Positions 54,083 to 63,583 of a stretch of DNA of 64,000 nucleotides are shown here, one piece after another. The position numbers and the translations under genes were made by a program. This stretch comes from Gammaproteobacteria bacterium. Its GTDB lineage: Bacteria; Pseudomonadota; Gammaproteobacteria; Steroidobacterales; Steroidobacteraceae. The stretch is from contig JANLWE010000034.1 in NCBI GenBank assembly GCA_031364365.1, positions 49,869 through 113,868 on the forward strand, read 5' to 3'. Below the pieces are notes generated by a model. That model ran no database searches. It saw nothing but the letters and a program-made list of their open reading frames with translations, and was not told the DNA's origin. Every line of letters begins with the position of its first letter. Within the stretch, counting starts at the first letter, position 1.

Positions 54083-54153
54083 CTGTCGAAGGGGACGTTC
54101 ACCTTCCAGTAAAGATTGACGCTTCCTTTGAAGGTGAACGTCCCCTTCGACAG
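54083..54153. repeat. REP-like palindrome, same core as 3296-3342 (24-bp perfect inverted repeat, 23-nt spacer)
   Basis: CTGTCGAAGGGGACGTTCACCTTC ... GAAGGTGAACGTCCCCTTCGACAG, in the divergent promoter region. Confidence 0.8.
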
Positions 54154-54175
54154 TCCGCTCTGGAGGGCAGCGAAA

Positions 54176-55522
54176 ATGACCCGAAGCCTCGCGAAGTCCA
54201 ATGCCCAGTTCAAGAAGGCCATTCGGCGACTGCCGCTCGGCGTTTCGTCGAATTTCCGCTACTGGGGCGAAGACAAGACCATCTACGTCAAGTCGGCCAA
54301 GGGCGCCCGCCTGACGGACATCGACGACAACGAGTACATCGATTACCGGCTGGCCTATGGGCCCTGCATCCTCGGCTACGCCGACCCGCGGGTGGACGCG
54401 GCGGCCCGCGCCGGAATCGAGGTCGGCGGAGTCTTCGCCCTCTCCACCGAGCGGGAGTTGGCCGTCGCCGAACGGATCGCCAGCATGGTTCCGGCGGCGG
54501 AGCTCGTGCGCTTCTCGAACTCGGGCACCGAGGCGGTCATGGCCGCCCTCCGCGTTGCCCGGGCGTACACGGGCAAGGATTCCTATGTCGTCGTCGAGGG
54601 CGGCTACCACGGCGTATTCGACGCGGCGCTCTGGTACACGCCGATCGAGGAGTGGCGCCCCGGCCGCGGTGACCCTCACCTCGTGCCCTACAGCGCCGGC
54701 GTGCCGGGCGTCCTGCGTGCGCTCCTGCATGCGGTGCCGATGAACGACGCGGACCGGCTCGAAAGCGTGTTCAAGGCCTACAGCCACGAGATTGCGGCCT
54801 TCCTGATCGAACCGATCATGGGCAACTGCTGCTCGATCTCCGCGACCAAGGAATACCTGCGCGATGCCCGGGCGCTCTGCGACAAGTACGGCATCCTCCT
54901 GATCATCGACGAGGTCAAAACCGGGTTCCGCGTCGCGCGCGGCGGCGTGCAGGAGCTCTTTGGCGTGAAGGCCGATCTCTGCACCTTCGCCAAGGCGATG
55001 GGTAACGGCTACCCGATCTCCGTGTGCTGCGGGCGCGAGGACATCATGCGCAAGTTCGGCAATGGCGTGGTGCACGGCGGCACCTTTACCTGCCATTCGG
55101 TCGCGCTTTCCGCGGCCGAGAAGACGCTCGAGATCCTGGCAGAAACCCCGGCACTGGCGACCATCGCCGACTATGGGACGAAACTGCGGGCCGGCATGAG
55201 CCAGATCCTTGCGCAGCGCGGCATCAAGCACTCGTTCAGCGGCCACCCGTCGATGAGCGGCCTGTTCTTCAACGAAAAGCCGCCGCGCGACTACCGGGAC
55301 TGGGCCTCGAGCGATTACACTTTCTACGAGGCACTGGCCCCGCACCTGCACAACCTCGGTGTGCTCTGCGAGCCGGACTCACGCGAGCCCTGGTTCATCT
55401 GCGAGGCACACGACCAGCGTTGTCTCGCGGAAACGCTGGAGCGATTCGAAACCGCCGTGGACCACGTGGTGCAAAGCGCCCGCCCTGAATCGAAAGCGCC
55501 CTTCACGAAATACACGACCTGA
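54176..55522 (+). CDS. class III PLP-dependent aminotransferase (glutamate-1-semialdehyde aminomutase-like)
   Basis: ATG 54176 lies 8 nt after GGAGGG. The sequence reads ...FSNSGTEAVMAALRVARAYTG...LIIDEVKTGFRV.... Confidence 0.85.
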   Translation: MTRSLAKSNAQFKKAIRRLPLGVSSNFRYWGEDKTIYVKSAKGARLTDIDDNEYIDYRLAYGPCILGYADPRVDAAARAGIEVGGVFALSTERELAVAERIASMVPAAELVRFSNSGTEAVMAALRVARAYTGKDSYVVVEGGYHGVFDAALWYTPIEEWRPGRGDPHLVPYSAGVPGVLRALLHAVPMNDADRLESVFKAYSHEIAAFLIEPIMGNCCSISATKEYLRDARALCDKYGILLIIDEVKTGFRVARGGVQELFGVKADLCTFAKAMGNGYPISVCCGREDIMRKFGNGVVHGGTFTCHSVALSAAEKTLEILAETPALATIADYGTKLRAGMSQILAQRGIKHSFSGHPSMSGLFFNEKPPRDYRDWASSDYTFYEALAPHLHNLGVLCEPDSREPWFICEAHDQRCLAETLERFETAVDHVVQSARPESKAPFTKYTT

Positions 55523-55537
55523 AGTAAAGAATCGACT

Positions 55538-57154
55538 GTGGCGAAATACGACGCGATCGTCATCGGCGCGGGCCATAACGGCCTGACCAACGCCGCCTAT
55601 CTCGCGCGCTCCGGACTCAAGGTCCTGGTCGTCGAGCGCATGCCCTGGATCGGCGGCGCCGCGGTCAGCCGCGAGATCGAGAAGGGCTGGATCTACTCGA
55701 ACTGCTCCTACGTGTGCAGCCTGCTGCGGCCGGAGATTTTCCGCGACCTCGAGCTCGCGCGGCACGGCCTCCAGGTCGTGCCCTACGGCGGCGGCGTCTC
55801 CATCACATCGAACGGTGACATCCTCGGCAACTACACCGACGAGGACGTGCAGCGCCGCGAATTCGCGCGCCATAACCCGCGCGACGCCGACGCGTATCAG
55901 CGGTACTCGACCGACGTCATACGCCAGTGCAAGTTCATCCGTCCGATGCTGCTCCGCACCCCGCCCGATCCGACCTCGTTCAAGCCGCGTGACCTGCGCG
56001 AGATGCTTTTCCTCGGCCGCGAGCTCAACAAGTACGGCGAGCAGTTCATCTACGACACGCTGCGCTTCTATTCGATGAGCATCGCCGACTTCCTCAACGA
56101 GTACTTCGAGTCGGACGCCATCAAGTGCCACCTTTCGGGCAGCGGCATCATCGGTTCGGCGATGGGCGTTTACTCGCCTGGCACGGCCTATGTGCTGCTG
56201 CATCACTACATGGGCGACGTAGACGGCTCGATCGGCGCCTGGGGCTTCGCACGCGGCGGCATGGGGGCGGTGTCGAAAGCGATTGCGAATTCGTTCAAGT
56301 CATTCGGCGGCGAGATCGTGACCGACGCGCCGGTCGCACGCGTGATCGTCAAGGGTGGCCGCGTCACCGGGGTCGCGACCGAGAACGGCAACGAATACCA
56401 CGCCGACATCGTCGTCTCGAACCTCGACCCGCGGCGCACGTACACGAAAATCTTCGATCCCAAGGACCTGCCGCCCGCAATCGTCGAGAAAGCCCACAAC
56501 TGGAAGATCCGCGGTTCGTCCGGCAAGCTCAATATCGCGCTCGACGGCCTGCCGGAGTTCCCGGCGCTCGGCAAGAACAATCCCCTCGCCTGCGGCGACA
56601 TGCATTTCCTCGACTCGCTCGAGAAGATGGAGCGCGCCTACGACGACTGGAAGAACGGCACCTGGTCGAAAGAGCCTTACCTCGACCTGCTGATTCCTTC
56701 GCTGACGGACCCGACGATGGCCCCGCCCGGCAAACACTTCATGTCGGTGTTTGTGCAGTACGTGCCGCCGTTCATCCACGGCCGCGAATGGACCGACGCC
56801 GACCGCGAGGGCTTCAAGAACACCGTGCTTGACCAGATCGGCCGCTACAGCCCGAACTTCAAGTCGCTGGTGCGTCATGTCGAGTGCCGCACGCCGAGGG
56901 AACTCGAGAACGAAGTCGGGCTCACCGAGGGCAACATTTTCCAGGGCGAGCTGACGATGGACCAGCTCCTGTTCAACCGGCCATTCCCCGGCTACGCGCA
57001 GTACCGCGGGCCGGTCAAGGGGTTCTACATGTGCGGCTCGGGGACGCATCCGGGTGGCGGTGTGATGGCCGCGCCCGGCGCGAATGCTGCCCGGGAAATC
57101 CTCATGGACTTGCGCCGCCCGAATATTGTGCCGGAGGGCTGGCGGGATGACTGA
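55538..57154 (+). CDS. FAD-dependent oxidoreductase, phytoene-desaturase (CrtI)-like, copy 1
   Basis: YDAIVIGAGHNGLTNAAYLARSGLKVLVVER dinucleotide-binding motif. C-terminal ...GSGTHPGGGVM. Confidence 0.75.
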   Translation: MAKYDAIVIGAGHNGLTNAAYLARSGLKVLVVERMPWIGGAAVSREIEKGWIYSNCSYVCSLLRPEIFRDLELARHGLQVVPYGGGVSITSNGDILGNYTDEDVQRREFARHNPRDADAYQRYSTDVIRQCKFIRPMLLRTPPDPTSFKPRDLREMLFLGRELNKYGEQFIYDTLRFYSMSIADFLNEYFESDAIKCHLSGSGIIGSAMGVYSPGTAYVLLHHYMGDVDGSIGAWGFARGGMGAVSKAIANSFKSFGGEIVTDAPVARVIVKGGRVTGVATENGNEYHADIVVSNLDPRRTYTKIFDPKDLPPAIVEKAHNWKIRGSSGKLNIALDGLPEFPALGKNNPLACGDMHFLDSLEKMERAYDDWKNGTWSKEPYLDLLIPSLTDPTMAPPGKHFMSVFVQYVPPFIHGREWTDADREGFKNTVLDQIGRYSPNFKSLVRHVECRTPRELENEVGLTEGNIFQGELTMDQLLFNRPFPGYAQYRGPVKGFYMCGSGTHPGGGVMAAPGANAAREILMDLRRPNIVPEGWRDD

Positions 57155-58712
57155 CCGCGATCGCATTGTCGTCGTTGGCGGCGGCCATAACGGCCTCGTC
57201 TGCGCCGCATTTCTCGCCCGCGCCGGACGCGAGGTCGTCGTGCTCGAGGCCGCGGCCCAGGTCGGCGGCGCGGCCGTCACGCGCGAGTTCACGAAAGGCT
57301 TCCGCGCCTCGGCTTGCGCGCACCTCTCCTATTTGCTCGACGCCGGTATCGCACGCGACCTCAAGCTCGCCTCCCATGGACTGAAATGGGCGCGGACCGG
57401 CCTCAAAACGGTCGCGCTCGCCTCTGCCGGAGATCATCTCGTGCTCGACGGCGGCAAGCTCGAGTCCGGCACGCTGTCCGAAAGCGATCGCGATGCGCTT
57501 GCCGCCTATCACGCGCAGATGCTCCGCTTCGCGCGCGTGCTCGCGAAACAGCACAACCGGCAACCCCCGCGGCTCGGCGGCGGCGGACGCTCCGACTTCA
57601 TGGGCGCGGCCAAGCTCGGACTCGACATCCGGCTGCTCGGGCGCGACTCGATGCGCGAGTTCCTGCGGATCGCCGGCATCAACATCTACGATGTGCTCGA
57701 AGAGAAGTTCGAGTCGCCGCTCCTGAAAGGCGCGCTCGCGCTCGACGCGGTGCTTGGCGCGAATCTCGGCCCGCGCTCGAACAACTCCATTCTCGCGCTG
57801 CTGCACCGACTGAGCGGGCAGTCAAACGGCAATAACGGATTTTCTCTGCCGGCAGGCGGCATGGGCGCGATCGGCGAGGCGATGGCTGCCGCGGCGCGCG
57901 CTGCCGGCGCCACGATCCGGACTGGCTGCCCCGTCGCGCGGATTACGCTCGAGGGCGATGCGGTTTCCGGCGTCGAGCTCGAGAGCGGCGAGAAGATCGC
58001 CGCCAGGACGGTTGTCTCGAATGCCGATCCGGCGCGTACGCTTCTCTCATTGCTGGGAGCGCGTCACCTCGAAACCGGCTTCGTGCACCGCGTACGCCAT
58101 GTCCGCATGAAAGGCATGGCCGCCAAGCTGCATCTCGCGCTCGACGCCCTGCCCGCCTTCGCGCGGCTGCCCGCGGAACTCGCCGGCGAGCGCCTTGTGA
58201 TCTCGCCGGACCTCGTATACCTCGAGCATGCCTTCGACCACGCGAAGTACGGCCAGTGTTCGCCGGACCCGGCTCTCGAGATCACGATTCCTTCGGTGCA
58301 CGACAAGACGCTCGCGCCTGCGGGCAAGCACGTACTGTCGGCGATCGTGCAGTACGCCCCTCACGACCCGCGCGCGAGCGGCGACGGTCCGCGGCGGGAA
58401 CTGCTCGAGCACACGCTCGGCGTGCTGGAGCGCCACGCGCCCGGCCTGCGCCGCCAGATCGTCGGCTCCGAACTGCTGCTGCCCGCAGACATCGAGCGCG
58501 AGTTCCGTATCACGGGTGGTCACTGGCACCACGGCGAGCTCGCCCTCGACCAGCTCATGATGATGCGCCCGGTGCCGGGCGCCGCGCAGTACGCGATGCC
58601 GGTCGCCGGACTCTTCCTGTGCGGCGCCGGTTGTCATCCCGGCGGCGGAGTCATGGGCGCAGCTGGCAGGAACGCTGCGAACGCGGTACTCGCAACGGAG
58701 CGAGCGGCATGA
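57147..58712 (+). CDS. FAD-dependent oxidoreductase, CrtI-like, copy 2
   Basis: IVVVGGGHNGLVCAAFLARAGREVVVLE and ...GAGCHPGGGVM. It overlaps copy 1 by 8 nt. Confidence 0.75.
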   Translation: MTDRDRIVVVGGGHNGLVCAAFLARAGREVVVLEAAAQVGGAAVTREFTKGFRASACAHLSYLLDAGIARDLKLASHGLKWARTGLKTVALASAGDHLVLDGGKLESGTLSESDRDALAAYHAQMLRFARVLAKQHNRQPPRLGGGGRSDFMGAAKLGLDIRLLGRDSMREFLRIAGINIYDVLEEKFESPLLKGALALDAVLGANLGPRSNNSILALLHRLSGQSNGNNGFSLPAGGMGAIGEAMAAAARAAGATIRTGCPVARITLEGDAVSGVELESGEKIAARTVVSNADPARTLLSLLGARHLETGFVHRVRHVRMKGMAAKLHLALDALPAFARLPAELAGERLVISPDLVYLEHAFDHAKYGQCSPDPALEITIPSVHDKTLAPAGKHVLSAIVQYAPHDPRASGDGPRRELLEHTLGVLERHAPGLRRQIVGSELLLPADIEREFRITGGHWHHGELALDQLMMMRPVPGAAQYAMPVAGLFLCGAGCHPGGGVMGAAGRNAANAVLATERAA

Positions 58713-59917
58713 GCATCAAGGACGAGATGAATCGCAAGGAGCACTTCCGCAAGGCTGTGTGGGAGACGCCGTTCCACCCGCGCACGTCCGCGCTCAACAC
58801 GATGAACGAGTGGCACCGCTGGAAGGACTACACCACGGCCGACGTCTTTTTCGACGAGGCACTCGAGTACGCCGCAATCCGGAACGCCTGCGCGGTGTTC
58901 GACCTGACGCCGATGACCAAGCACCTGATCACGGGTCCCGATGCGCTCGCCTTCCTGAATCGCCTGGTCACCCGCGACGTCGCGAAGATCAAGCCCGGCA
59001 GGGTCGGCTACTGCGTCTGGTGCGACGACAACGGCCAGGTGATTGACGACGGCACTGTCTTCCACCTCCGCGAGGGCGTCTACCGCCTCTGCTCGCAGGA
59101 GCGACAGCTCGACTGGCTCACTCGCTCCGCCGTCGGCTTCAATGTCACGATCGTCGAGGACACACACGACGTCGCCGCGCTCGCGCTGCAGGGACCGACG
59201 AGCTGCGCAGTGCTTAAAGCGATCGGCTGCACGGGCGCGGAGATGATGAAGCCCTTCGACATCAGGTACTTCCCGTTCGCGGGCAGCGAACTCATGGTCT
59301 CGCGCACAGGCTTCACAGGCGATCTCGGCTACGAGCTCTGGATTGACCCGCCGCGCGCGCTCGAACTCTGGGACGCACTCTTCGACCAGGGCGCGAACCA
59401 CGGCATCCGGCCGATGGGCACGCACGCGCTCGAAGTGGCGCGCATCGAGGCTGGCTTCATTGCGGCACAGGTCGACTTCCACTGCGCCAACCAGGCGATC
59501 ATGCTCGATCGCTCGCGCTCACCGTTCGAGCTCGACCTCGGCCGGCTCGTCGACTTCAGCAAGCCGGTCTTCAATGGCCGCCGCGCCCTGCTCGAGGAAA
59601 AGAAGAAAGGCTCGCGGTTCCGGTTCGTCAAGCTCGACGTCGAGGGCAACAAACCGGCACGTTCGGCCTACATTTACGACAAGGACAAGAACGTCGTCGG
59701 GACCGTGACCTCGGCGGAATGGTCGCCGTCCGCAAAGGCCAACATTGCCTACGCCTCGATGCACATGCCCTGGGGCCGGCCGGACGACGAGTTGTGGGCG
59801 GAGATCTACTACCAGCGCGAACTCAAGTGGTCGCGCGTGATGGCGCGCTGCCGCGTGGTCGAGGGCGTGTTCTGGGATCCGCCGCGCAAGCGCGCGACGC
59901 CCGCCGCGGATTTCTGA
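58709..59917 (+). CDS. GcvT-family aminomethyltransferase-like (folate-binding) protein
   Basis: ATG 58709 overlaps the upstream stop (ATGA). The sequence reads ...AVFDLTPMTKHLITGPDALAFLNRL...SRTGFTGDLGYELW.... Confidence 0.8.
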   Translation: MSIKDEMNRKEHFRKAVWETPFHPRTSALNTMNEWHRWKDYTTADVFFDEALEYAAIRNACAVFDLTPMTKHLITGPDALAFLNRLVTRDVAKIKPGRVGYCVWCDDNGQVIDDGTVFHLREGVYRLCSQERQLDWLTRSAVGFNVTIVEDTHDVAALALQGPTSCAVLKAIGCTGAEMMKPFDIRYFPFAGSELMVSRTGFTGDLGYELWIDPPRALELWDALFDQGANHGIRPMGTHALEVARIEAGFIAAQVDFHCANQAIMLDRSRSPFELDLGRLVDFSKPVFNGRRALLEEKKKGSRFRFVKLDVEGNKPARSAYIYDKDKNVVGTVTSAEWSPSAKANIAYASMHMPWGRPDDELWAEIYYQRELKWSRVMARCRVVEGVFWDPPRKRATPAADF

Positions 59918-59937
59918 CCGCCTCGCGCGGGGCCGGA

Positions 59938-62058
59938 ATGCCTCATCGGCTGAACCCTCTGCTCCGTCCCCGATCGATCGCGGTGCTCGGCGCCACCGAG
60001 CGCAAGGGCACCGTCGGTCGCGATACCATCGAGAATCTCCTGCAGGGCGGCTACGAGGGCGACCTGTATGCGGTCAACCCGGGGCGCAAATCCGTGCTTG
60101 GCGTGCCCTGCTATCCGTCGCTCGACGCGCTCCCGAAGCCAGTCGAGCACGTGATCTTCGCGATCGCCGACTCGCGCGTCGAAGCGGCGCTCGACCAAGT
60201 GATTGCGCACGGTGCGCGCGCGGCGACGATGATGTCTTCCCTTGTCATCGAGGGCGATTCAGATCCGCCACTCCGCGACCGGGTGCTCGCGAAAATCAGG
60301 AAATCCGGCCTCGTCGTCTGCGGCGCGAACGGCATGGGCTTCTACAACTTTGCCGACGGCATCTGGGGCTGCGGCTTCCGCACCCGCAAGCACCGGCGCG
60401 GCGGCAACGTCGCCTACATCAGTCACTCCGGCTCCGGCATGTGTGGCATCGTCGATAGCGAGGAGCGCATCGACTTCAGTCTCGTCATCTCGACCGGGCA
60501 GGAACTCGCGGTCGCGATGGATGAATATCTCGACTTTGCCCTCGAGCAACCGGAGACGCGTGCCGTGGGCCTCTTCATGGAGACGGCGCGGAATCCCGCA
60601 GGCCTCATCGCCGCTTTCGAGAAGGCGCGCGATCGCCGCATCCCGATCGTCGCGCTGAAGGTCGGCCGGACGGAATTCGCCGCGCGCTTGACGGTGTCGC
60701 ATTCCGGCGCGATCGCGGGACAGGACGGCGTATACGACGCCGTGTTCGCCCGCTACGGCGTGCATCGTGTACGCGACATGGACGAGCTCGCAACGACTTT
60801 GATCATGTTCGCGCAACCGCATCCGGTCGGCAGCGGCGGCCTCGTTTCCATTCACGACTCCGGCGGCGAGCGCCAGCTCCTGATCGATCTCGCACACGAC
60901 CACGAGGTGCCGCTCACACAACTCTCGCCGGCGTCGACCGCGAAGCTCGAGACGCTGCTTGACCCGGACCTGCCGCCGGTGAACCCGCTCGACGCCTGGA
61001 GCACGGGCGGACCCGACTACCACACGCAGATGGCCGAATGCTTCGCGACACTCATGCGGGATCCACAGGCAGCATTCGGCGCCGTCGTGCACGACCGCGC
61101 CGAGAGCGGCGGCATCTATCCCACCTATCTTGATTACCTGCGCGCCGGCCATCGCGCCTCCGGCAAACCCGCCTTCCTCGTCTCGAACCGCCAGGGCACC
61201 GGGGCGGATCCCTTGATCGTCGAGGCAACGCGCGAAGGATTCCCGGTGCTGGACGGGGTGACGTCGTTTCTCCGTGGCGTGCGCCACCTCCTCGATCAAC
61301 GCGATTTCACGGCGCGCGCCCGCGCAGATGCGCCCGTGATTGCGCCGGCGGCGCTGGCGCGCATGCGGGCGCGACTCGCCGACCGCCGCCGATTCGACGA
61401 GAGCGACGCTCTGACACTGCTCGGAGACGCCGGTCTTCCAGCCAACGCAGGCACCATCGTCGAAAGCGAAGCAGCCGCGATCGCGGCAGCGCGGACCCTC
61501 GGTTATCCGGTCGTGCTCAAGACCGCGAAACGCGGCCTCGACCACAAGAGCGACCAGCAGGGCATACACCTTGCGCTCGACGGCGACACTGCCGTCGCTG
61601 CCGCTTACCACGACCTCGCGAAGCGAATTGACGCACGCGTGCTGGTGGCGCCCATGATCGCGGCCAAGGGTGTCGAGATGCTGCTTGGCATGATCCACGA
61701 CCAACAGTTCGGCCCGATCGTGCTGATCGGCGCTGGCGGCGTGCACGTGGAAGCGCTCGCGGACGCCGTTTACGCCGTGCCACCGTTCGACGCGGCGGAG
61801 GCCGCGCGGCTCGTCGAGCGGCTGCGCATCGCACCCCTGCTCCACAGCCGGCGGCACCGGCGACCGCTCGCACTCGAGGAGTTCTGCCAGGTCGCCGCCC
61901 AATTCTCTGCCCTCGCGGCAGCGCTCGGCGACGAGCTCGAGGAAATCGACCTGAATCCCGTGATCGTGCATGCGGACGGCTGCGTCATCGTCGATGCGCT
62001 GGTCGTGCCGTGTGCGGCGCACATTCTTGAACCCGAACGTATGAGGCAAGCCCGATGA
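59938..62058 (+). CDS. ADP-forming (NDP-forming) acyl-CoA synthetase, fused alpha/beta domains
   Basis: CoA-binding N-terminus RSIAVLGATERKGTVG.., the His-loop region SHSGS.., and a C-terminal ATP-grasp GYPVVLKT. Confidence 0.8.
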   Translation: MPHRLNPLLRPRSIAVLGATERKGTVGRDTIENLLQGGYEGDLYAVNPGRKSVLGVPCYPSLDALPKPVEHVIFAIADSRVEAALDQVIAHGARAATMMSSLVIEGDSDPPLRDRVLAKIRKSGLVVCGANGMGFYNFADGIWGCGFRTRKHRRGGNVAYISHSGSGMCGIVDSEERIDFSLVISTGQELAVAMDEYLDFALEQPETRAVGLFMETARNPAGLIAAFEKARDRRIPIVALKVGRTEFAARLTVSHSGAIAGQDGVYDAVFARYGVHRVRDMDELATTLIMFAQPHPVGSGGLVSIHDSGGERQLLIDLAHDHEVPLTQLSPASTAKLETLLDPDLPPVNPLDAWSTGGPDYHTQMAECFATLMRDPQAAFGAVVHDRAESGGIYPTYLDYLRAGHRASGKPAFLVSNRQGTGADPLIVEATREGFPVLDGVTSFLRGVRHLLDQRDFTARARADAPVIAPAALARMRARLADRRRFDESDALTLLGDAGLPANAGTIVESEAAAIAAARTLGYPVVLKTAKRGLDHKSDQQGIHLALDGDTAVAAAYHDLAKRIDARVLVAPMIAAKGVEMLLGMIHDQQFGPIVLIGAGGVHVEALADAVYAVPPFDAAEAARLVERLRIAPLLHSRRHRRPLALEEFCQVAAQFSALAAALGDELEEIDLNPVIVHADGCVIVDALVVPCAAHILEPERMRQAR

Positions 62059-63581
62059 GCATCCAGACCGTTGCAAAGCACGACCATGGCCGCTGGCAGA
62101 CCGTGGCCTCAAAGGCGCAGAAGAAGCTCGAAACCCGCCTCTTCATCGACGGCAAGTTCGTCGATGCAAAGAAAGGCGGCCGATTCACGAGCGTCAATCC
62201 GGCGACGGGCGAGCCAATCGCCGAGATGTCCGCGGGCACCGCGGAGGACATCGACCGCGCGGTCACCGCGGCGCGGCGCGCGTTCAAGGCGGGCGTCTGG
62301 TCGAAGATGGCCCCGCGCGCGCGCATGGAAATCATGAACCGATTCGCGGCCCTCGTCGACGAAAACGCCGAGGCACTCGCGGTGCTCGAGACGCTCGACA
62401 TGGGCAAGCCGATCGCCGATGTCGTGAACCTCGACCTGCCGGCCGTCGTCGAAACCATTCGCTTCATGGCGGAATGCATCGACAAGGTGGACGGCTCCGT
62501 CACGAGCACGGAATCCGGCGTGGTCCACATGGTGCTGCGCGAACCCTACGGCGTCGTCGGCGCGATCTCACCCTGGAATTATCCGCTCCTGATGGCAACC
62601 TGGAAGATCGCGCCCGCGCTCGCGGCCGGCAACACGGTGGTGCTGAAGCCTGCCGAGCAGGCGCCGCTCAGTTGCCTGCGCCTCGCCGAGCTATTCGTCC
62701 AGGCCGGCGGCCCGCCTGGCGTCTTCAACGTCGTGAATGGCCTCGGCGAGGAAGCCGGCCGCGCGCTGGCGCTGCACGACGAAGTCCGCAAGATCACGTT
62801 CACGGGCTCGACGGCGGTCGGCAAGCTGATCCTTCAATACGCCGGCCAGTCGAACATGAAGCAGGTCGCGCTCGAATGCGGCGGCAAGTCGCCACAGGTA
62901 TTCATGGCCGACATCGAGGACCTCGACCGGGCGGTGACGGCCGCGTATCGCGGTATCTATTCGAACATGGGTGAGGTCTGCAACGCCGGTTCTCGACTTC
63001 TCGTCGACCGCTCGATCCGCAAGAAATTCGTCGAGCGCTTCATCGAGCTCGGCGAGGATGCCTTCAAGCCGGGCGACCCGCTTGATCCCGCCACCAACAT
63101 GGGACCGCTCGTCACGCGCGGCGACCAGAAGCGCGTGCTCGGCATGATCGACAAGGGCCGCAAGGAAGGCGCGAAGCTCGAGTTCGGTGGGGACACGCCC
63201 GCGAAGCTGAAGAAAGGCGCCTACGTGAATCCGACGCTGTTCACAGGCGTCAAGAACGACATGTCGATCGCACGCCAGGAAGTCTTCGGACCCGTGGCCT
63301 CGGTGATCGAGTTCAACGGCGTGGACGAGGCGATCAGGATCGCAAACGACACGATCTACGGGCTCGCAGCGGGAGTCTGGACGCGCGACCTCGACACGGC
63401 CTTCCGTCTCGTGCGCAGCATCGAGGCCGGGGTCGTCTGGATCAATTGCTTTGACGAAGGCGACATGACCCAGCCTTTCGGCGGCTTCAAGCAGTCCGGC
63501 AATGCGCGTGACAAGTGCCTCGACAGCTTCAAGAGCTACACACAGTCAAAGTCTGCGTGGTTCCGGCTGAAGGAAGGCTGA
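62055..63581 (+). CDS. NAD(P)-dependent aldehyde dehydrogenase
   Basis: ...SPWNYPL..., LKPAEQAP, ELGGKSP-like LECGGKSP, and the catalytic Cys in GEVCNAGSR. Its ATG overlaps the upstream stop (ATGA). Confidence 0.9.
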   Translation: MSIQTVAKHDHGRWQTVASKAQKKLETRLFIDGKFVDAKKGGRFTSVNPATGEPIAEMSAGTAEDIDRAVTAARRAFKAGVWSKMAPRARMEIMNRFAALVDENAEALAVLETLDMGKPIADVVNLDLPAVVETIRFMAECIDKVDGSVTSTESGVVHMVLREPYGVVGAISPWNYPLLMATWKIAPALAAGNTVVLKPAEQAPLSCLRLAELFVQAGGPPGVFNVVNGLGEEAGRALALHDEVRKITFTGSTAVGKLILQYAGQSNMKQVALECGGKSPQVFMADIEDLDRAVTAAYRGIYSNMGEVCNAGSRLLVDRSIRKKFVERFIELGEDAFKPGDPLDPATNMGPLVTRGDQKRVLGMIDKGRKEGAKLEFGGDTPAKLKKGAYVNPTLFTGVKNDMSIARQEVFGPVASVIEFNGVDEAIRIANDTIYGLAAGVWTRDLDTAFRLVRSIEAGVVWINCFDEGDMTQPFGGFKQSGNARDKCLDSFKSYTQSKSAWFRLKEG

Positions 63582-63583
63582 GC

